Assembly: GCA_043798445.1 (NCBI GenBank)
Contig: JAZDOQ010000018.1
Coordinates: forward strand, 1 to 56,688
Direction: 5' to 3'
Source of the DNA: Candidatus Gottesmanbacteria bacterium
GTDB taxonomy: Bacteria > Patescibacteriota > Microgenomatia > UBA10105 > UBA927
DNA: 56,688 nt
Shown piece by piece: positions 9,591-19,597 of the stretch. Position 1 is the first letter of the stretch; every line of letters starts with the position of its first letter. A program made the translations under genes and the position numbers. The notes beneath the pieces were generated by a model. That model was not told the DNA's origin and did not search any database. It worked only from the letters and a program-made list of their open reading frames with translations.

Positions 9591-10934
9591 TTACGAGGCA
9601 TTCGCTTCACTTTGTTTATGTTCAACACCAAAAAACCGTATCCGGTCTCCACGGAATACTAGATCAAGTTCTCCTAAAGGACCGTTTCTGTGTTTTGCAA
9701 CACGAAGCTTCGTTGGAATCTGATCGCCCCATTGCGTCATATCCGCTTCTTCCCGATATAAAAACATAACAACGTCTGCATCCTGCTCAATCGATCCTGA
9801 CTCCCGAAGGTCAGATAATTCCGGCACACGACTTCCACGGGATTCAACCGCACGGGATAACTGAGAACACGCGAGCACGGGAACGTTGAGCTCACGAGCC
9901 AAATTTTTTAAACTTTGAGAGATCACAGAAACCTCCTGCACCCGGTTATCAAATCTGCGTCCGGCATCAGCAAGCTGGAGGTAGTCGACAATGATGAGTT
10001 TCACGCCAAATTCCATTTGGAGCCTCCTGGCTTTTGTGCGCATTTCCAAAATACTCAAACCAGGCGTATCGTCAATATAAATAGGAGCTTCTGCAAGTTG
10101 CCCCATAGCATCGGAGAGCTTTGTAAAATCATCATCGGATAATTTTCCGGTTTTTAACTTCCATGCGTCAATGTCAGCTTGTGCAACCAGCAACCGATCC
10201 ACCAACTCTTCTTTGCTCATTTCAAGAGAAAAAATACCAACCGGTATTTTTTCATGGACTGATACATACTGCGCAATATTGAGTATCATTGCTGTCTTTC
10301 CGGTACCAGGACGGGCTGCTAAAATGAGAAGGTTGGAATCCTGCATACCTGCAAGCTTCATATCAAGATCATGAAACCCGGTGGCCACACCACGAAGCCC
10401 TCCTGACCGTTTATGCAGTTCGTCAAGCCGATCAAAGGATGATGCAAGTGCGTCTTTAATAGGGATAAAATCCCGTTTCATTGCATGTTGGGAAATGGAA
10501 AAAATATGCTGTTCTGCGCTATCAAGGATTGACTGCACTTCGCCAGATTCCTTAAACGCAAGTTCATTAATTTCAGAAGCAGCTGAAATAAGAAGTCGTT
10601 TGATGTTGTATTCTTTAATAATTTTTCCGTACTGTTCTGCGTTTGCGCTTGTAGGCACCACATTCACAAGTTCATTAATAACCGACGCTCCCCCCACTTG
10701 TGTGAGGTTTCCCTGTTTTTTCAGTTCATTTACAACCGTGACGACATCAATCGGGTCATGCCGTTCATACAGAGCCATCATAGAAGCAAATACAAGTCCT
10801 AAATGTTCATTGTAAAAATGACCGGGGCGCAAAAACTCAACCACATCAATCATTGCATCCTTATCAAGAAGAATGGCACCTAATACCGACTGTTCAGCTG
10901 AGTCGTCATGCGGAGGAACTTTTGGATGTTGCAT
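9591..10934 (-). CDS. dnaB: Replicative DNA helicase
   Basis: PPH..AEQSVLG, AARPGTGKT, VDYLQL, SQLSR, DLRESGSIEQDAD. Confidence 0.98.
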   Translation of the reverse strand: MQHPKVPPHDDSAEQSVLGAILLDKDAMIDVVEFLRPGHFYNEHLGLVFASMMALYERHDPIDVVTVVNELKKQGNLTQVGGASVINELVNVVPTSANAEQYGKIIKEYNIKRLLISAASEINELAFKESGEVQSILDSAEQHIFSISQHAMKRDFIPIKDALASSFDRLDELHKRSGGLRGVATGFHDLDMKLAGMQDSNLLILAARPGTGKTAMILNIAQYVSVHEKIPVGIFSLEMSKEELVDRLLVAQADIDAWKLKTGKLSDDDFTKLSDAMGQLAEAPIYIDDTPGLSILEMRTKARRLQMEFGVKLIIVDYLQLADAGRRFDNRVQEVSVISQSLKNLARELNVPVLACSQLSRAVESRGSRVPELSDLRESGSIEQDADVVMFLYREEADMTQWGDQIPTKLRVAKHRNGPLGELDLVFRGDRIRFFGVEHKQSEANAS

Positions 10935-10935
10935 A

Positions 10936-11562
10936 TCACTCAAGAACAACGAGTTGTTTTTCTTCTGGTAGTTTGCTCTTGGAAATTGTCAGTTTAGGTT
11001 GGGCAACCACCTGTTCTTTTTCCATTTCCTTCAAAAAAACCGACACCGGCGCAAGATCCTTTATGGAAAGTCCCGGCCGGCCGTAGTGCATCGGAATAAC
11101 AATAGACGGTTCAATTTCCGCAATTATTTTTTTAGCCTGCACTGCATCAGTCGTATAGGTTCCGCCGACAGGAACAAACAAGATATCAACACCATCCAAG
11201 ATATCAAGCTCCGCTGCGGTCAACAGTCTTCCTATATCTCCAAGATGGACGATGGTTACATCATCCATTTCAATACGGTACACAGTATTTTTTCCTGCAT
11301 CATTACCATGTTCCGTGGTAATACCGATAATGCCAATGCCTTTAATGTCATATTCTCCGGCACCTTGTACCACAAACGGATCTCCCTCAAGTTGTGATAC
11401 GTTATTATGATCTTTATGACTGTGGGATACGGTCACAATATCGCATGCGGTATGTTTTGGAAATTTAAGTCCCGTAAATGAGGAATCAAACGGATCCGTG
11501 ACAAGCGTCACAGATTTCCCACGAATTTTAAATGAAGAATGACCTAAAGAAATGATATCCAT
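10936..11562 (-). CDS. MBL-fold metallo-hydrolase
   Basis: LGHSSF, TDPF, SHSHKDH, HLGD, IPMHY. Confidence 0.9.
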   Translation of the reverse strand: MDIISLGHSSFKIRGKSVTLVTDPFDSSFTGLKFPKHTACDIVTVSHSHKDHNNVSQLEGDPFVVQGAGEYDIKGIGIIGITTEHGNDAGKNTVYRIEMDDVTIVHLGDIGRLLTAAELDILDGVDILFVPVGGTYTTDAVQAKKIIAEIEPSIVIPMHYGRPGLSIKDLAPVSVFLKEMEKEQVVAQPKLTISKSKLPEEKQLVVLE

Positions 11563-11616
11563 ATGCTTGCATTTTATACCACGTCTCGTGTATGCTTAGC
11601 AACACCTCAAAAAAAT

Positions 11617-12090
11617 ATGAACAAAGACGCACTGTTTGCAACACTTATTGGGCTTGGTATCGGGCTCCTGCTCACCGGCATCATTCTTGTTGGCCCGAAT
11701 ATCGCAAAATCAATACCGAACATTAAATTTCCGGAAATAGCAAAAATTAGTCTTCCTTCATTTTCTTTCCCAAAAAAAGCAACGCCTACAATAACGGCAG
11801 ATCAAACAAAACAAACAGATAGTCACACGCTCATCATCGACAGCCCGCTTGAAAGCGCAATTGAACAGACAGAGTCGGTACTGGTGTCGGGATCAACATC
11901 CAAAGGCGCAACCGTCGTCATCCAGGGCTTTCTTGATGATGTTGTCATCGACGCAAACGGTGACGGAAAATACGCAGGAAAAATTACCCTTGCCGAAGGC
12001 AAAAATGATATCGTTGTAACAAGTTACAACGTAACCAAAGAACAAAAAATTCAAAATCTAACGGTGTATTACACACCTGAGGAATGGTAA
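11617..12090 (+). CDS. Membrane-anchored protein with C-terminal Ig-like domain
   Basis: N-terminal TM; VSGST..ATV.I....DGKY...ITLAEGKNDI beta-sandwich pattern. Confidence 0.65.
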   Translation: MNKDALFATLIGLGIGLLLTGIILVGPNIAKSIPNIKFPEIAKISLPSFSFPKKATPTITADQTKQTDSHTLIIDSPLESAIEQTESVLVSGSTSKGATVVIQGFLDDVVIDANGDGKYAGKITLAEGKNDIVVTSYNVTKEQKIQNLTVYYTPEEW

Positions 12091-12097
12091 ATTCGCT

Positions 12098-12817
12098 ATG
12101 AAAACAACATTATTTATTACTATCATATCACTATTTTTACTTAGCATTTCTTCTTCTGTCGTTGCACAAACCGCTACCCTCTCTACCACCCCAACCGTGT
12201 CAGATAAAGCACAACAACTCGAGAATTTAAAAGATAGACTCGCAACAAAAGTTGCTGAACTACGGCAATCACAACGTATGGCAATATTTGGAAAAATTAA
12301 GTCTGTCAGCATTTCAACATTCACGGTTGAAACCAAAACAAAAGATTTAAAAATTGAACTGACTGACGACATAAAAATCTTCCAAATACTCAAAGGAAAA
12401 CGGACAGAATTGAAAACTGATAACCTGGAAAAAGGCGATGTCGTCACAGTATTTGGTGAATATGACAGCACACTCGAACTTCTCAAGGCAAAGGTTGTCT
12501 TCATTCAAGGAATAGATCCTGTACGCGCCTCCGGTACCATTACGGACGTCAAAAAAATTGATTACACCATCACTATTGAATCGGGAGACAAAAAAATATA
12601 CATTATCGATTTTGAAACAACGACTAAAACAGCTATCTGGAATGGAAGCACACAGGAAAAAGGCGGATTTTCCAAGTTTACCTTAGGAGATATCATCCAT
12701 GTCACAGGAACAGCCGTTCCCAAAAAAGAAAACCGCATCAGCGCAAGCCGTATACTCACGGTTATTGGACAAATAAAAGGTGTCACCACATCAGTTACTC
12801 CAACGCCAACCCCGTAG
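12098..12817 (+). CDS. Secreted protein with two OB-like (DUF5666-like) repeats
   Basis: Signal peptide; repeated G.I..(T.I)..L..GD.V.V.G pattern; TPTPTP tail. Confidence 0.6.
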   Translation: MKTTLFITIISLFLLSISSSVVAQTATLSTTPTVSDKAQQLENLKDRLATKVAELRQSQRMAIFGKIKSVSISTFTVETKTKDLKIELTDDIKIFQILKGKRTELKTDNLEKGDVVTVFGEYDSTLELLKAKVVFIQGIDPVRASGTITDVKKIDYTITIESGDKKIYIIDFETTTKTAIWNGSTQEKGGFSKFTLGDIIHVTGTAVPKKENRISASRILTVIGQIKGVTTSVTPTPTP

Positions 12818-12870
12818 AAAAAGCGCTATACCCCATGCCCAGCGGCATAATATACAACATTTTTAACGTG

Positions 12871-12879
12871 TGGTATACT
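12871..12879 (+). promoter_or_regulatory. Extended -10 promoter (TGgTATACT) for the his leader
   Basis: TG-N-TATACT 9 nt before the leader ATG. Confidence 0.6.
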
Positions 12880-12888
12880 ATCATTCTT

Positions 12889-12963
12889 ATGAATACCCGA
12901 TGTGCCGTTAGCTATTGGCATCATTATGCAACCCTTTTGGTTGACGGGTATTTTGTGGCATAA
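12889..12963 (+). CDS. Putative attenuator leader peptide MNTRCAVSYWHHYATLLVDGYFVA
   Basis: 24-codon ORF with tandem CAT CAT inside YWHHY, overlapping alternative stems upstream of hisC-hisS. Confidence 0.7.
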   Translation: MNTRCAVSYWHHYATLLVDGYFVA

Positions 12964-12986
12964 AACAATACATACTAAGCCACTTG

Positions 12987-13013
12987 AAGACCCGCAGCCA
13001 GGCGGGTTTTTTT
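12987..13013 (+). terminator. Attenuator terminator hairpin
   Basis: ACCCGC-AGCCAG-GCGGGT followed by a T-run, 12 nt upstream of the hisC ATG. Confidence 0.8.
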
Positions 13014-13025
13014 ATGGGGAAAACT

Positions 13026-14045
13026 ATGAATATACCAAACGTATACGCATCAGCTGTCAAAAAACAGCAACTGGACATGACCCTGAGTGAAAATCCCCTG
13101 GGGTGTTCTCCCCGTGCCATGCAGGCGCTCCAACAACTGACGATGAAGGATATTGCGACGTACCCGGATACTAGTCCGCTTCTTGCTGCGGCAGGCAAAC
13201 GCTTTGGCGTCAAACCGTCCTGCATGCTTGTGGGAAACGGGTCCGAACAGCTCATTAAACTGGCAGCACAAACGTTTCTGAAACCAGAAAGCACTGCGCT
13301 TGTACAATCTGGATCATTTTCCGTATTGAGCAAGGAATGCCTGCTGACCGATGCCAGCGTGACGCTTTGTGACGTAAATGATCTGGCAACTCAAACAATA
13401 AATCCTGATGTGGTATTTCTTTGCAATCCAAATAACCCGACGGGCGAAATCATTCCTAAAAAGACAATTAACCGCATCATTGCTGCGTTTCCAAACGCAG
13501 TTATCGTAATTGACGAGGCAAATGCGGAATTTTCAGGGCAAACAACAATTCCTGTAGCTATCAAAAAACAAAACGTGCTGATACTCCGGACATGCTCGAA
13601 AGCATTTGGACTTGCAGGGCTTCGTGTCGGTTTTCTCATCGGAAATCCTATGCTCGTTAAAAAACTCAACATTGCACAACAAGTGTTCCCTATCTCGTCG
13701 CTCTCGGTAACGCTTGCAAGCGCTGCAATAAACGATAGGGATTTTGCAGAAAAAACCATAGCGTTTATCAAAAAAGAACGAATCAGTATGATGAGTGCGC
13801 TAAAAAAGCGTGGGTTTATTGTGTCGCAATCCGTTACCAATACGTTGTTTGTCTCAACACCACGCGCTAAAACACTCATTGCTGCACTCAACGACAATGG
13901 TGTATCCGTGGTTGCAAATACCTTTTCTCCGGGACTCCGAACGCCGGGATTTCGCATTGCACTTCGGGACACAAAAACAAATCGTATGTTTTTGCAAAAA
14001 CTCGATGCAGCAATTGAACAAATAGGGTTAAACCTGATACGATAG
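13026..14045 (+). CDS. hisC: Histidinol-phosphate/aromatic aminotransferase (class I/II PLP)
   Basis: SENPLG, GNGSEQLI, CNPNNPTG, IDEA, RTCSKAFGLAGLRVG. Confidence 0.85.
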   Translation: MNIPNVYASAVKKQQLDMTLSENPLGCSPRAMQALQQLTMKDIATYPDTSPLLAAAGKRFGVKPSCMLVGNGSEQLIKLAAQTFLKPESTALVQSGSFSVLSKECLLTDASVTLCDVNDLATQTINPDVVFLCNPNNPTGEIIPKKTINRIIAAFPNAVIVIDEANAEFSGQTTIPVAIKKQNVLILRTCSKAFGLAGLRVGFLIGNPMLVKKLNIAQQVFPISSLSVTLASAAINDRDFAEKTIAFIKKERISMMSALKKRGFIVSQSVTNTLFVSTPRAKTLIAALNDNGVSVVANTFSPGLRTPGFRIALRDTKTNRMFLQKLDAAIEQIGLNLIR

Positions 14046-14061
14046 AAAAGGAATACACTTT

Positions 14062-15267
14062 ATGATTAAACCACAAACACTTAAAGGATTTCGTGATTTT
14101 TTGCCCGAAGAAGCAACAAAGCGCCAACGCGTGATGGAGATATTTCGAGATGTGTTCACACGGTTTGGATTTGAACCACTCGAAACACCGGCACTTGAAT
14201 ATGCTGAAACACTAACTGGCAAATATGGATCGGATGCAGATAAACTTCTGTATCTGTTTAAAGACAACGGTGGACGAGATGTTGGACTTCGCTATGACCA
14301 AACCGTTCCCCTGTCCCGCATCATGGCGCAATATCAAGATATTCCCCTTCCCTTTAAGCGTTACCAAATGCAGCCCGTTTGGCGTGCCGAAAAACCACAA
14401 AAAGGACGGTTTAGAGAATTTTTACAATGTGATATTGATATCGTTGGTGCTAAAAGTGAAACTGCTGACGTTGAAATCATCACTGCAACCATTGAGGCAC
14501 TTAGATCGCTCAATATTCCCAATCCCATTGTCACCATTAACGATCGAACACTCTTTGAATACTACAAAGTATCAAAGGCGGAAATTATCATCATTGATAA
14601 ATTGAATAAAATCGGTAAGGAAGCCGTCATCGAACTGCTCACGAAAGGCGGAAGGAAGGATGCAACAAATCTCTTTTCAACCTTTGAAAAGTCTGCGCCA
14701 ACTGCAAAACTCAAAACAATATTTACCATGCTTTCAAGCCAAGGATACAAAGAAGGTGTGGACTACGAATTCTCACCATTTTTGGCTCGAGGTCTTGATT
14801 ACTACACATCAACCATCTTTGAAGTGAGCATTCCAAGTTACGGCGCTGGATCTGTTGCTGGTGGTGGAAGATATGACGACCTCATTGGGCTTTTCAGTGG
14901 CAATCCACTCCCCGCTGTCGGTATCGCATTCGGATTTGACCGCATCATGGAAATACTCGCAGAAAAACAATTACTTTCATCTCAAGAAACCGGAGCAACT
15001 GTTCTTGTAACAGTATTTGATGAGGCGTCACGTATTGAGTCAGGAGAGATTGCTTCTACGCTACGGAACGCAAACATAAATACCGATCTTTACCTTGAAC
15101 CAGCAAAACTGGAAAAACAACTGAAATATGCAGATAAAAAGATGATACCGTACGTCATCGTGCAAGGGCCTGATGAAAAAACGAACGGCGTCGTACAACT
15201 GAAAGATATGAAAACAAGACAAAGCGACATGATATCCATAGAAGATGTCATTAAAAAGTTGTTATGA
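14062..15267 (+). CDS. hisS: Histidine--tRNA ligase
   Basis: KGFRDFLP, LRYDQTVP, GRFREFLQCD, ARGLDYYT, GGGRYD. Confidence 0.98.
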   Translation: MIKPQTLKGFRDFLPEEATKRQRVMEIFRDVFTRFGFEPLETPALEYAETLTGKYGSDADKLLYLFKDNGGRDVGLRYDQTVPLSRIMAQYQDIPLPFKRYQMQPVWRAEKPQKGRFREFLQCDIDIVGAKSETADVEIITATIEALRSLNIPNPIVTINDRTLFEYYKVSKAEIIIIDKLNKIGKEAVIELLTKGGRKDATNLFSTFEKSAPTAKLKTIFTMLSSQGYKEGVDYEFSPFLARGLDYYTSTIFEVSIPSYGAGSVAGGGRYDDLIGLFSGNPLPAVGIAFGFDRIMEILAEKQLLSSQETGATVLVTVFDEASRIESGEIASTLRNANINTDLYLEPAKLEKQLKYADKKMIPYVIVQGPDEKTNGVVQLKDMKTRQSDMISIEDVIKKLL

Positions 15268-16217
15268 CTCCTGTCCAAAAAGGCGTAATCGGGCTTATTA
15301 TCGCAAATATTATCTGGGGATTCGCCTCCCCTATTTTCAAGTGGAGTCTCACGAATATCCCTCCATTCACCCTTGCGTTTCTTCGTTTTTTTATTGCGAG
15401 CATCATTCTAGGCATTGTTCTTCGAAAAAACCTTGCTTTACCCATTAAAGACAAACATGATGTAAAACTCCTCATCATTCACGCACTTACCGGAATCACC
15501 GGCAACATCACTCTCTTCTTTCTTGGACTCCAGCTGACTCTTGCTATCAATGTTCCGGTCATTGCTTCATCTCAACCGATTATGATATTCCTCTTTGCGT
15601 ATCTCATACTCAAAGAGAAACTCAAATTGAACAAAGTGCTTGGTATGATTGTCGGAACCATCGGCATCCTCGCCATTGTCCTTGAACCAATCTATTATGC
15701 AGGAATTGATGGGAATACGCTTGGCAATTTTTTAATCGTGCTTGCAACTATTAGTGGAGCTATCGCTATGCTCATAGGAAGACAGCTGTTTCAAAAATAT
15801 GATCCCCTGGTATTAATGTTTTGGGCATTTGTCATAGGAACGCTTTCCTTTCTTCCCCCCGCACTTGTTGAGTACATAAGACAGCCAACCATATTTCAAA
15901 CCCTGGATATTCGAGGTATTGTCGGCATCATATTCGGATCCGTATTCTCAAGCACGATTGCCTACACACTCTACGCATACGGACTATCAAAAATTCAAGC
16001 AAGCGATGCATCACTTTTCATTTATATTGACCCTATTGCCGGTGCCGTTCTTTCGTATTTCATGCTCCATGAACCGATCACCATACCGTTTCTCATTGGC
16101 GCAGGCCTCATATTCACCGGTATCTATATTGCTGAACGCCGGATTCACTACCATCCATTCGGCAAACTCCGCATAAAATGTCCAGATTGCCAAACAAATC
16201 AATCTCATGTAAAATAG
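15264..16217 (+). CDS. EamA/DMT family transporter
   Basis: About 10 TMs in two EamA repeats (IWG, LRF, LKEK, P..A..LS...LHE). Confidence 0.9.
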   Translation: MTPVQKGVIGLIIANIIWGFASPIFKWSLTNIPPFTLAFLRFFIASIILGIVLRKNLALPIKDKHDVKLLIIHALTGITGNITLFFLGLQLTLAINVPVIASSQPIMIFLFAYLILKEKLKLNKVLGMIVGTIGILAIVLEPIYYAGIDGNTLGNFLIVLATISGAIAMLIGRQLFQKYDPLVLMFWAFVIGTLSFLPPALVEYIRQPTIFQTLDIRGIVGIIFGSVFSSTIAYTLYAYGLSKIQASDASLFIYIDPIAGAVLSYFMLHEPITIPFLIGAGLIFTGIYIAERRIHYHPFGKLRIKCPDCQTNQSHVK

Positions 16218-16224
16218 ACTTCTT

Positions 16225-16533
16225 ATGACAGCTACGATCCATCCAGTATGGTTTGAGGAAGCAAAAGTATCATGTGCCTGCGGCAACACATTTACGGTTG
16301 GCGCATCAAAGGCGGATATCCGTGTTGATATCTGTTACAAATGCCACCCATTCTTCACCGGAGAAATGAAATTCGTTGACACCATGGGTCGCGTTGAGCG
16401 CTTCCAACAAAAACAAAAGGATGCAGAACAGAAAGTATCTGTACTGCTTGAAAAGAAAAAGAAAAAAGCAGAACGCCAGGAACAACTCCGTAATCCAAAA
16501 TCACTCCGTGAGATGCTCATGGGAGCGAAGTAA
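16225..16533 (+). CDS. rpmE: 50S ribosomal protein L31 (Zn-binding type) with basic C-terminal extension
   Basis: [25 protein letters not shown]. Confidence 0.97.
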   Translation: MTATIHPVWFEEAKVSCACGNTFTVGASKADIRVDICYKCHPFFTGEMKFVDTMGRVERFQQKQKDAEQKVSVLLEKKKKKAERQEQLRNPKSLREMLMGAK

Positions 16534-16554
16534 TAAATCAGATAAAGACTACGT

Positions 16555-17253
16555 ATGAACCCCAATATCGTCACTCTTGAATTCCGTGCGGGCCCAGGAG
16601 GCGAAGAAGCGAAGAACTGGTCCATGGATCTTATGCGCATGTACACACGCTACGCAAACATTCTCGGATGGAACGTGGAAGAAATTGCAGATAACGCCAT
16701 ACGGATCAAAGGAGAAGGCGCATTTACAAAACTCCAGTACGAAGCAGGAACCCATCGGGTACAGCGCGTTCCATCAACAGAACGTCAAGGAAGAATACAC
16801 ACATCAACAGCGACCGTTGCAGCCTTGCCTGAAATTCCGGAAGCAGACATTGCAATCCGCACCGAAGACATCACCTGGGAGTTTTACCGGGCAGGCGGCA
16901 AGGGTGGACAAAACGTCAATAAAGTAAGCTCTGCCGTCAGGCTTCGCCATATTCCGTCTGGACTTGTTGTCACCTGTCAATCAGAGAGGGATCAATTTCA
17001 AAACAGACAAGTGGCCCTTTCCCTTCTTCGGGCTAAACTCTGGGAAAAACGGGAAATGGAACAATCACTCGCCTTATCTGAACAACGTAGCATCATTGGC
17101 CGTGGCATGCGGGCTGAAAAAATCAGAACGTATAACTTTGCCCAGGACCGTGTCACAGATCATCGCATCAACAAATCATTCCACAACATTGATGCAATCA
17201 TGGATGGAAAATTACAGAAAATAACAGAAGCGATGGTGGAGTTATTGAAGTAA
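16555..17253 (+). CDS. prfA: Peptide chain release factor 1, lacking N-terminal domain 1
   Basis: EFRAGPGGEEA, HRVQRVPSTE (PxT), GGQNVN, IRTYNF; follows rpmE. Confidence 0.88.
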   Translation: MNPNIVTLEFRAGPGGEEAKNWSMDLMRMYTRYANILGWNVEEIADNAIRIKGEGAFTKLQYEAGTHRVQRVPSTERQGRIHTSTATVAALPEIPEADIAIRTEDITWEFYRAGGKGGQNVNKVSSAVRLRHIPSGLVVTCQSERDQFQNRQVALSLLRAKLWEKREMEQSLALSEQRSIIGRGMRAEKIRTYNFAQDRVTDHRINKSFHNIDAIMDGKLQKITEAMVELLK

Positions 17254-18519
17254 CAATTCCACAGCCTTAAGAAGTTGCGCATCATGCGTTGCTTCTGTCG
17301 ACTCCAACTTCACTTCGAAATCAGGAGTTATACCTTTTTTGTGAATCCAGTCACCGTTAGGAAGTAACCATTTACCGGTCGTAATGTGAAGACCTGATCC
17401 TCCGGAAAGCTCCTGTGGCGTCTGCACCGATCCTTTTCCAAATGACTTCTCTCCAACAATTATGGCTCTTTTATGATCCTTTAAGGCACCAGCAACGATT
17501 TCTGCTGCTGACGCACTTCCCTTGTTGATAAGCACTACAAGTGGAATATCTGTGAGTTTTCCTTTTCGATTAACTGAGAGTGTTTCCTTTGTTCCATCGC
17601 TATTTGTCTGCGTAACGACAACTCCGCTTTTAACAAATTCACTGGCAATAAACACTGATCCGTCAAGGTAGCCGCCCGGGTTGTTGCGTAGATCAAAAAT
17701 CAAACCCTTAGCACCAAGGGCGGTGAGTTTCGCAATCGTGTCATCAACTGCTGCCAACCATTCCTCATTTGTTCTGTCTCCAAACCGGGAGAGGTACATA
17801 TAGCCGATGTATTTTTTGCTTGAAAGAAAATCTGGAGATGCAATCCCGGATATTCCTGTAATCTCAGAAGGAATTTTTACCCAATGCTCAACGGACGGAA
17901 CAACAATTTCATCACGGATAATTGAAATTTCTGCCGGTTTTTGTGATTTATCATGCAAAATCGTCAGCGTCACTTTTGTACCCTTTGTACCGCGAATTTT
18001 TGACACCGCTTGATTGAGTGTCCAACCAACTGTTTCTTCATCATTGACTTTCATAATCCAGTCCATTGATTTTAACCCTGCTTTCTCTGCCGGAGATCCC
18101 TTAATCGGTGCCTGAATAATAATCTTGTTTTCAACTAATCCAAGTTGTGCACCAATACCCTGGAATGAGCCGCCTATATCTTCTTTGAATTCTTTGTTTT
18201 CTTTTGGCGGTAAAAATACTGTGTATGGGTCTTCAAGTGAATTCACCATGCCGGAAATTGCACCCCACACCATCCTTTGACTATCCATGCTTCCTGCATC
18301 GATATAGTAGGTGCGGAGCCGTTGCCACACATCCCAAAACAATGCAAAATCCACACGGTTGGTTGACGGAACATCCTGATTAATAACACTGGTAGTTGTC
18401 AGTGTTGGTTTAGAAAATGCTTGCCGTTCACCGAGCCGGTATCCAATGCCGCCAGTGAGGATACAAACAGCTACAGCGAGGATAATGATGCGGATTTTTG
18501 AAAACGGCAGAGTCTTCAT
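17242..18519 (-). CDS. C-terminal processing peptidase S41 with PDZ domain
   Basis: DPYT, GIGA, SPAEKAGL, DLRNNPGG, SASAAE, FGKG. Confidence 0.95.
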   Translation of the reverse strand: MKTLPFSKIRIIILAVAVCILTGGIGYRLGERQAFSKPTLTTTSVINQDVPSTNRVDFALFWDVWQRLRTYYIDAGSMDSQRMVWGAISGMVNSLEDPYTVFLPPKENKEFKEDIGGSFQGIGAQLGLVENKIIIQAPIKGSPAEKAGLKSMDWIMKVNDEETVGWTLNQAVSKIRGTKGTKVTLTILHDKSQKPAEISIIRDEIVVPSVEHWVKIPSEITGISGIASPDFLSSKKYIGYMYLSRFGDRTNEEWLAAVDDTIAKLTALGAKGLIFDLRNNPGGYLDGSVFIASEFVKSGVVVTQTNSDGTKETLSVNRKGKLTDIPLVVLINKGSASAAEIVAGALKDHKRAIIVGEKSFGKGSVQTPQELSGGSGLHITTGKWLLPNGDWIHKKGITPDFEVKLESTEATHDAQLLKAVELLLQ

Positions 18520-18538
18520 TGTTTAAGTATAAAAAAAA

Positions 18539-18778
18539 TTACGCGCGGACAATAAATGGCAACATTGCCATAAAACGAGCACGCTTCAATTCCCGACCGA
18601 TTGTGCGTTGATGGGTGCTGCATACACCGGTACGTGCTTTTCCGAGGATTTTTCCCCGTTCACTTGTATATTTAATCATCGTATTGACTTCCTTGTAATC
18701 CGGTTCTGTTTTGTTTGCGCAGAATGGACAGTTTTTTGCTACTGGTCGAAGTTTTGGTGCGCGTCGTGCAAATGCCAT
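18539..18778 (-). CDS. rpsR: 30S ribosomal protein S18
   Basis: CPFC, DYK, SERGKI, TG..HQR, KRAR. Confidence 0.97.
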   Translation of the reverse strand: MAFARRAPKLRPVAKNCPFCANKTEPDYKEVNTMIKYTSERGKILGKARTGVCSTHQRTIGRELKRARFMAMLPFIVRA

Positions 18779-18794
18779 ACATTAATCCTTTATA

Positions 18795-19259
18795 TTAAAA
18801 CGGTATATCGTCAGGATTGACCTGTTCGGTAACCGGTGTTGTTGTTTCTACTGGTGTTTCAACAGGAGTTTCTGCAGGTTTTTCAGCTATCGGTGCTTCC
18901 TCTTCCACTCCCACCACTGGCCGTTTTGAATCAAGAATGATCATGTCTTCAATAACAACCTCTGTAGTTGTCCTCTGTGATCCGTCCTGTCCCTGCCATT
19001 GGTTCGTCCTCAAGCGTCCTTCAACATAAATCTTTCGTCCTTTTGCTAAAAGTTGGCTGCACAACTCCGCAAGTTTGTTCCAAGCTACCACCCTGTGAAA
19101 TTCTGATTCTTCTTTCTTTTCCCCGGCTTCTGTGGTCCATTGTCTGTTTGTTGCAAGTCCAATGGTACAAACAGCTGCTCCGGTTGGGGTATAGCGAAGT
19201 TCCGGGTCGCGGGTCAGATTACCAATCAGTTGCACTTTGTTAAGACTTCGAGATGACAT
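18795..19259 (-). CDS. ssb: Single-stranded DNA-binding protein
   Basis: NKVQLIGNLTRDPE, VEGRL, C-terminal DDIPF. Confidence 0.98.
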   Translation of the reverse strand: MSSRSLNKVQLIGNLTRDPELRYTPTGAAVCTIGLATNRQWTTEAGEKKEESEFHRVVAWNKLAELCSQLLAKGRKIYVEGRLRTNQWQGQDGSQRTTTEVVIEDMIILDSKRPVVGVEEEAPIAEKPAETPVETPVETTTPVTEQVNPDDIPF

Positions 19260-19260
19260 A

Positions 19261-19545
19261 TTACCCCTCCTTTTGTATCAACATAAAACGAATAATGTCC
19301 GTGCCGAGTTTTGATTCTGCTTCAAGTTCACCTGTTTTGAGTGAGGATCCTTCTAGGGTTGCAAGAATGTATATTCCTTCTTTTTGTTTTTTGATAGGAT
19401 ATGCTAATTCTTTTTTACCGAGGACCGTTACTTCTTTGAATGTTGCGTTTTTAACCAGCTTGGCAAGAAGTCCGTCCCGTTTTTTTGTGTCTTCCACCGG
19501 AAAATCGCTTTTGACGATTACCATCAGTTCGTAGGTTCGTTTCAT
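19261..19545 (-). CDS. rpsF: 30S ribosomal protein S6
   Basis: YELMVI, GKKELAYPIKK, IIRFM; rpsF-ssb-rpsR synteny. Confidence 0.95.
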   Translation of the reverse strand: MKRTYELMVIVKSDFPVEDTKKRDGLLAKLVKNATFKEVTVLGKKELAYPIKKQKEGIYILATLEGSSLKTGELEAESKLGTDIIRFMLIQKEG

Positions 19546-19597
19546 ACCAGGGATGATATCACAAAAGAAGCCTGGGAAGCAATAAGAAAGATGTTGG

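Noticed and set aside
12889-13013. T-box or metabolite riboswitch upstream of hisC-hisS
   Set aside because: No T-box UGGNACC bulge or recognisable aptamer consensus; too short; the uORF model fits better
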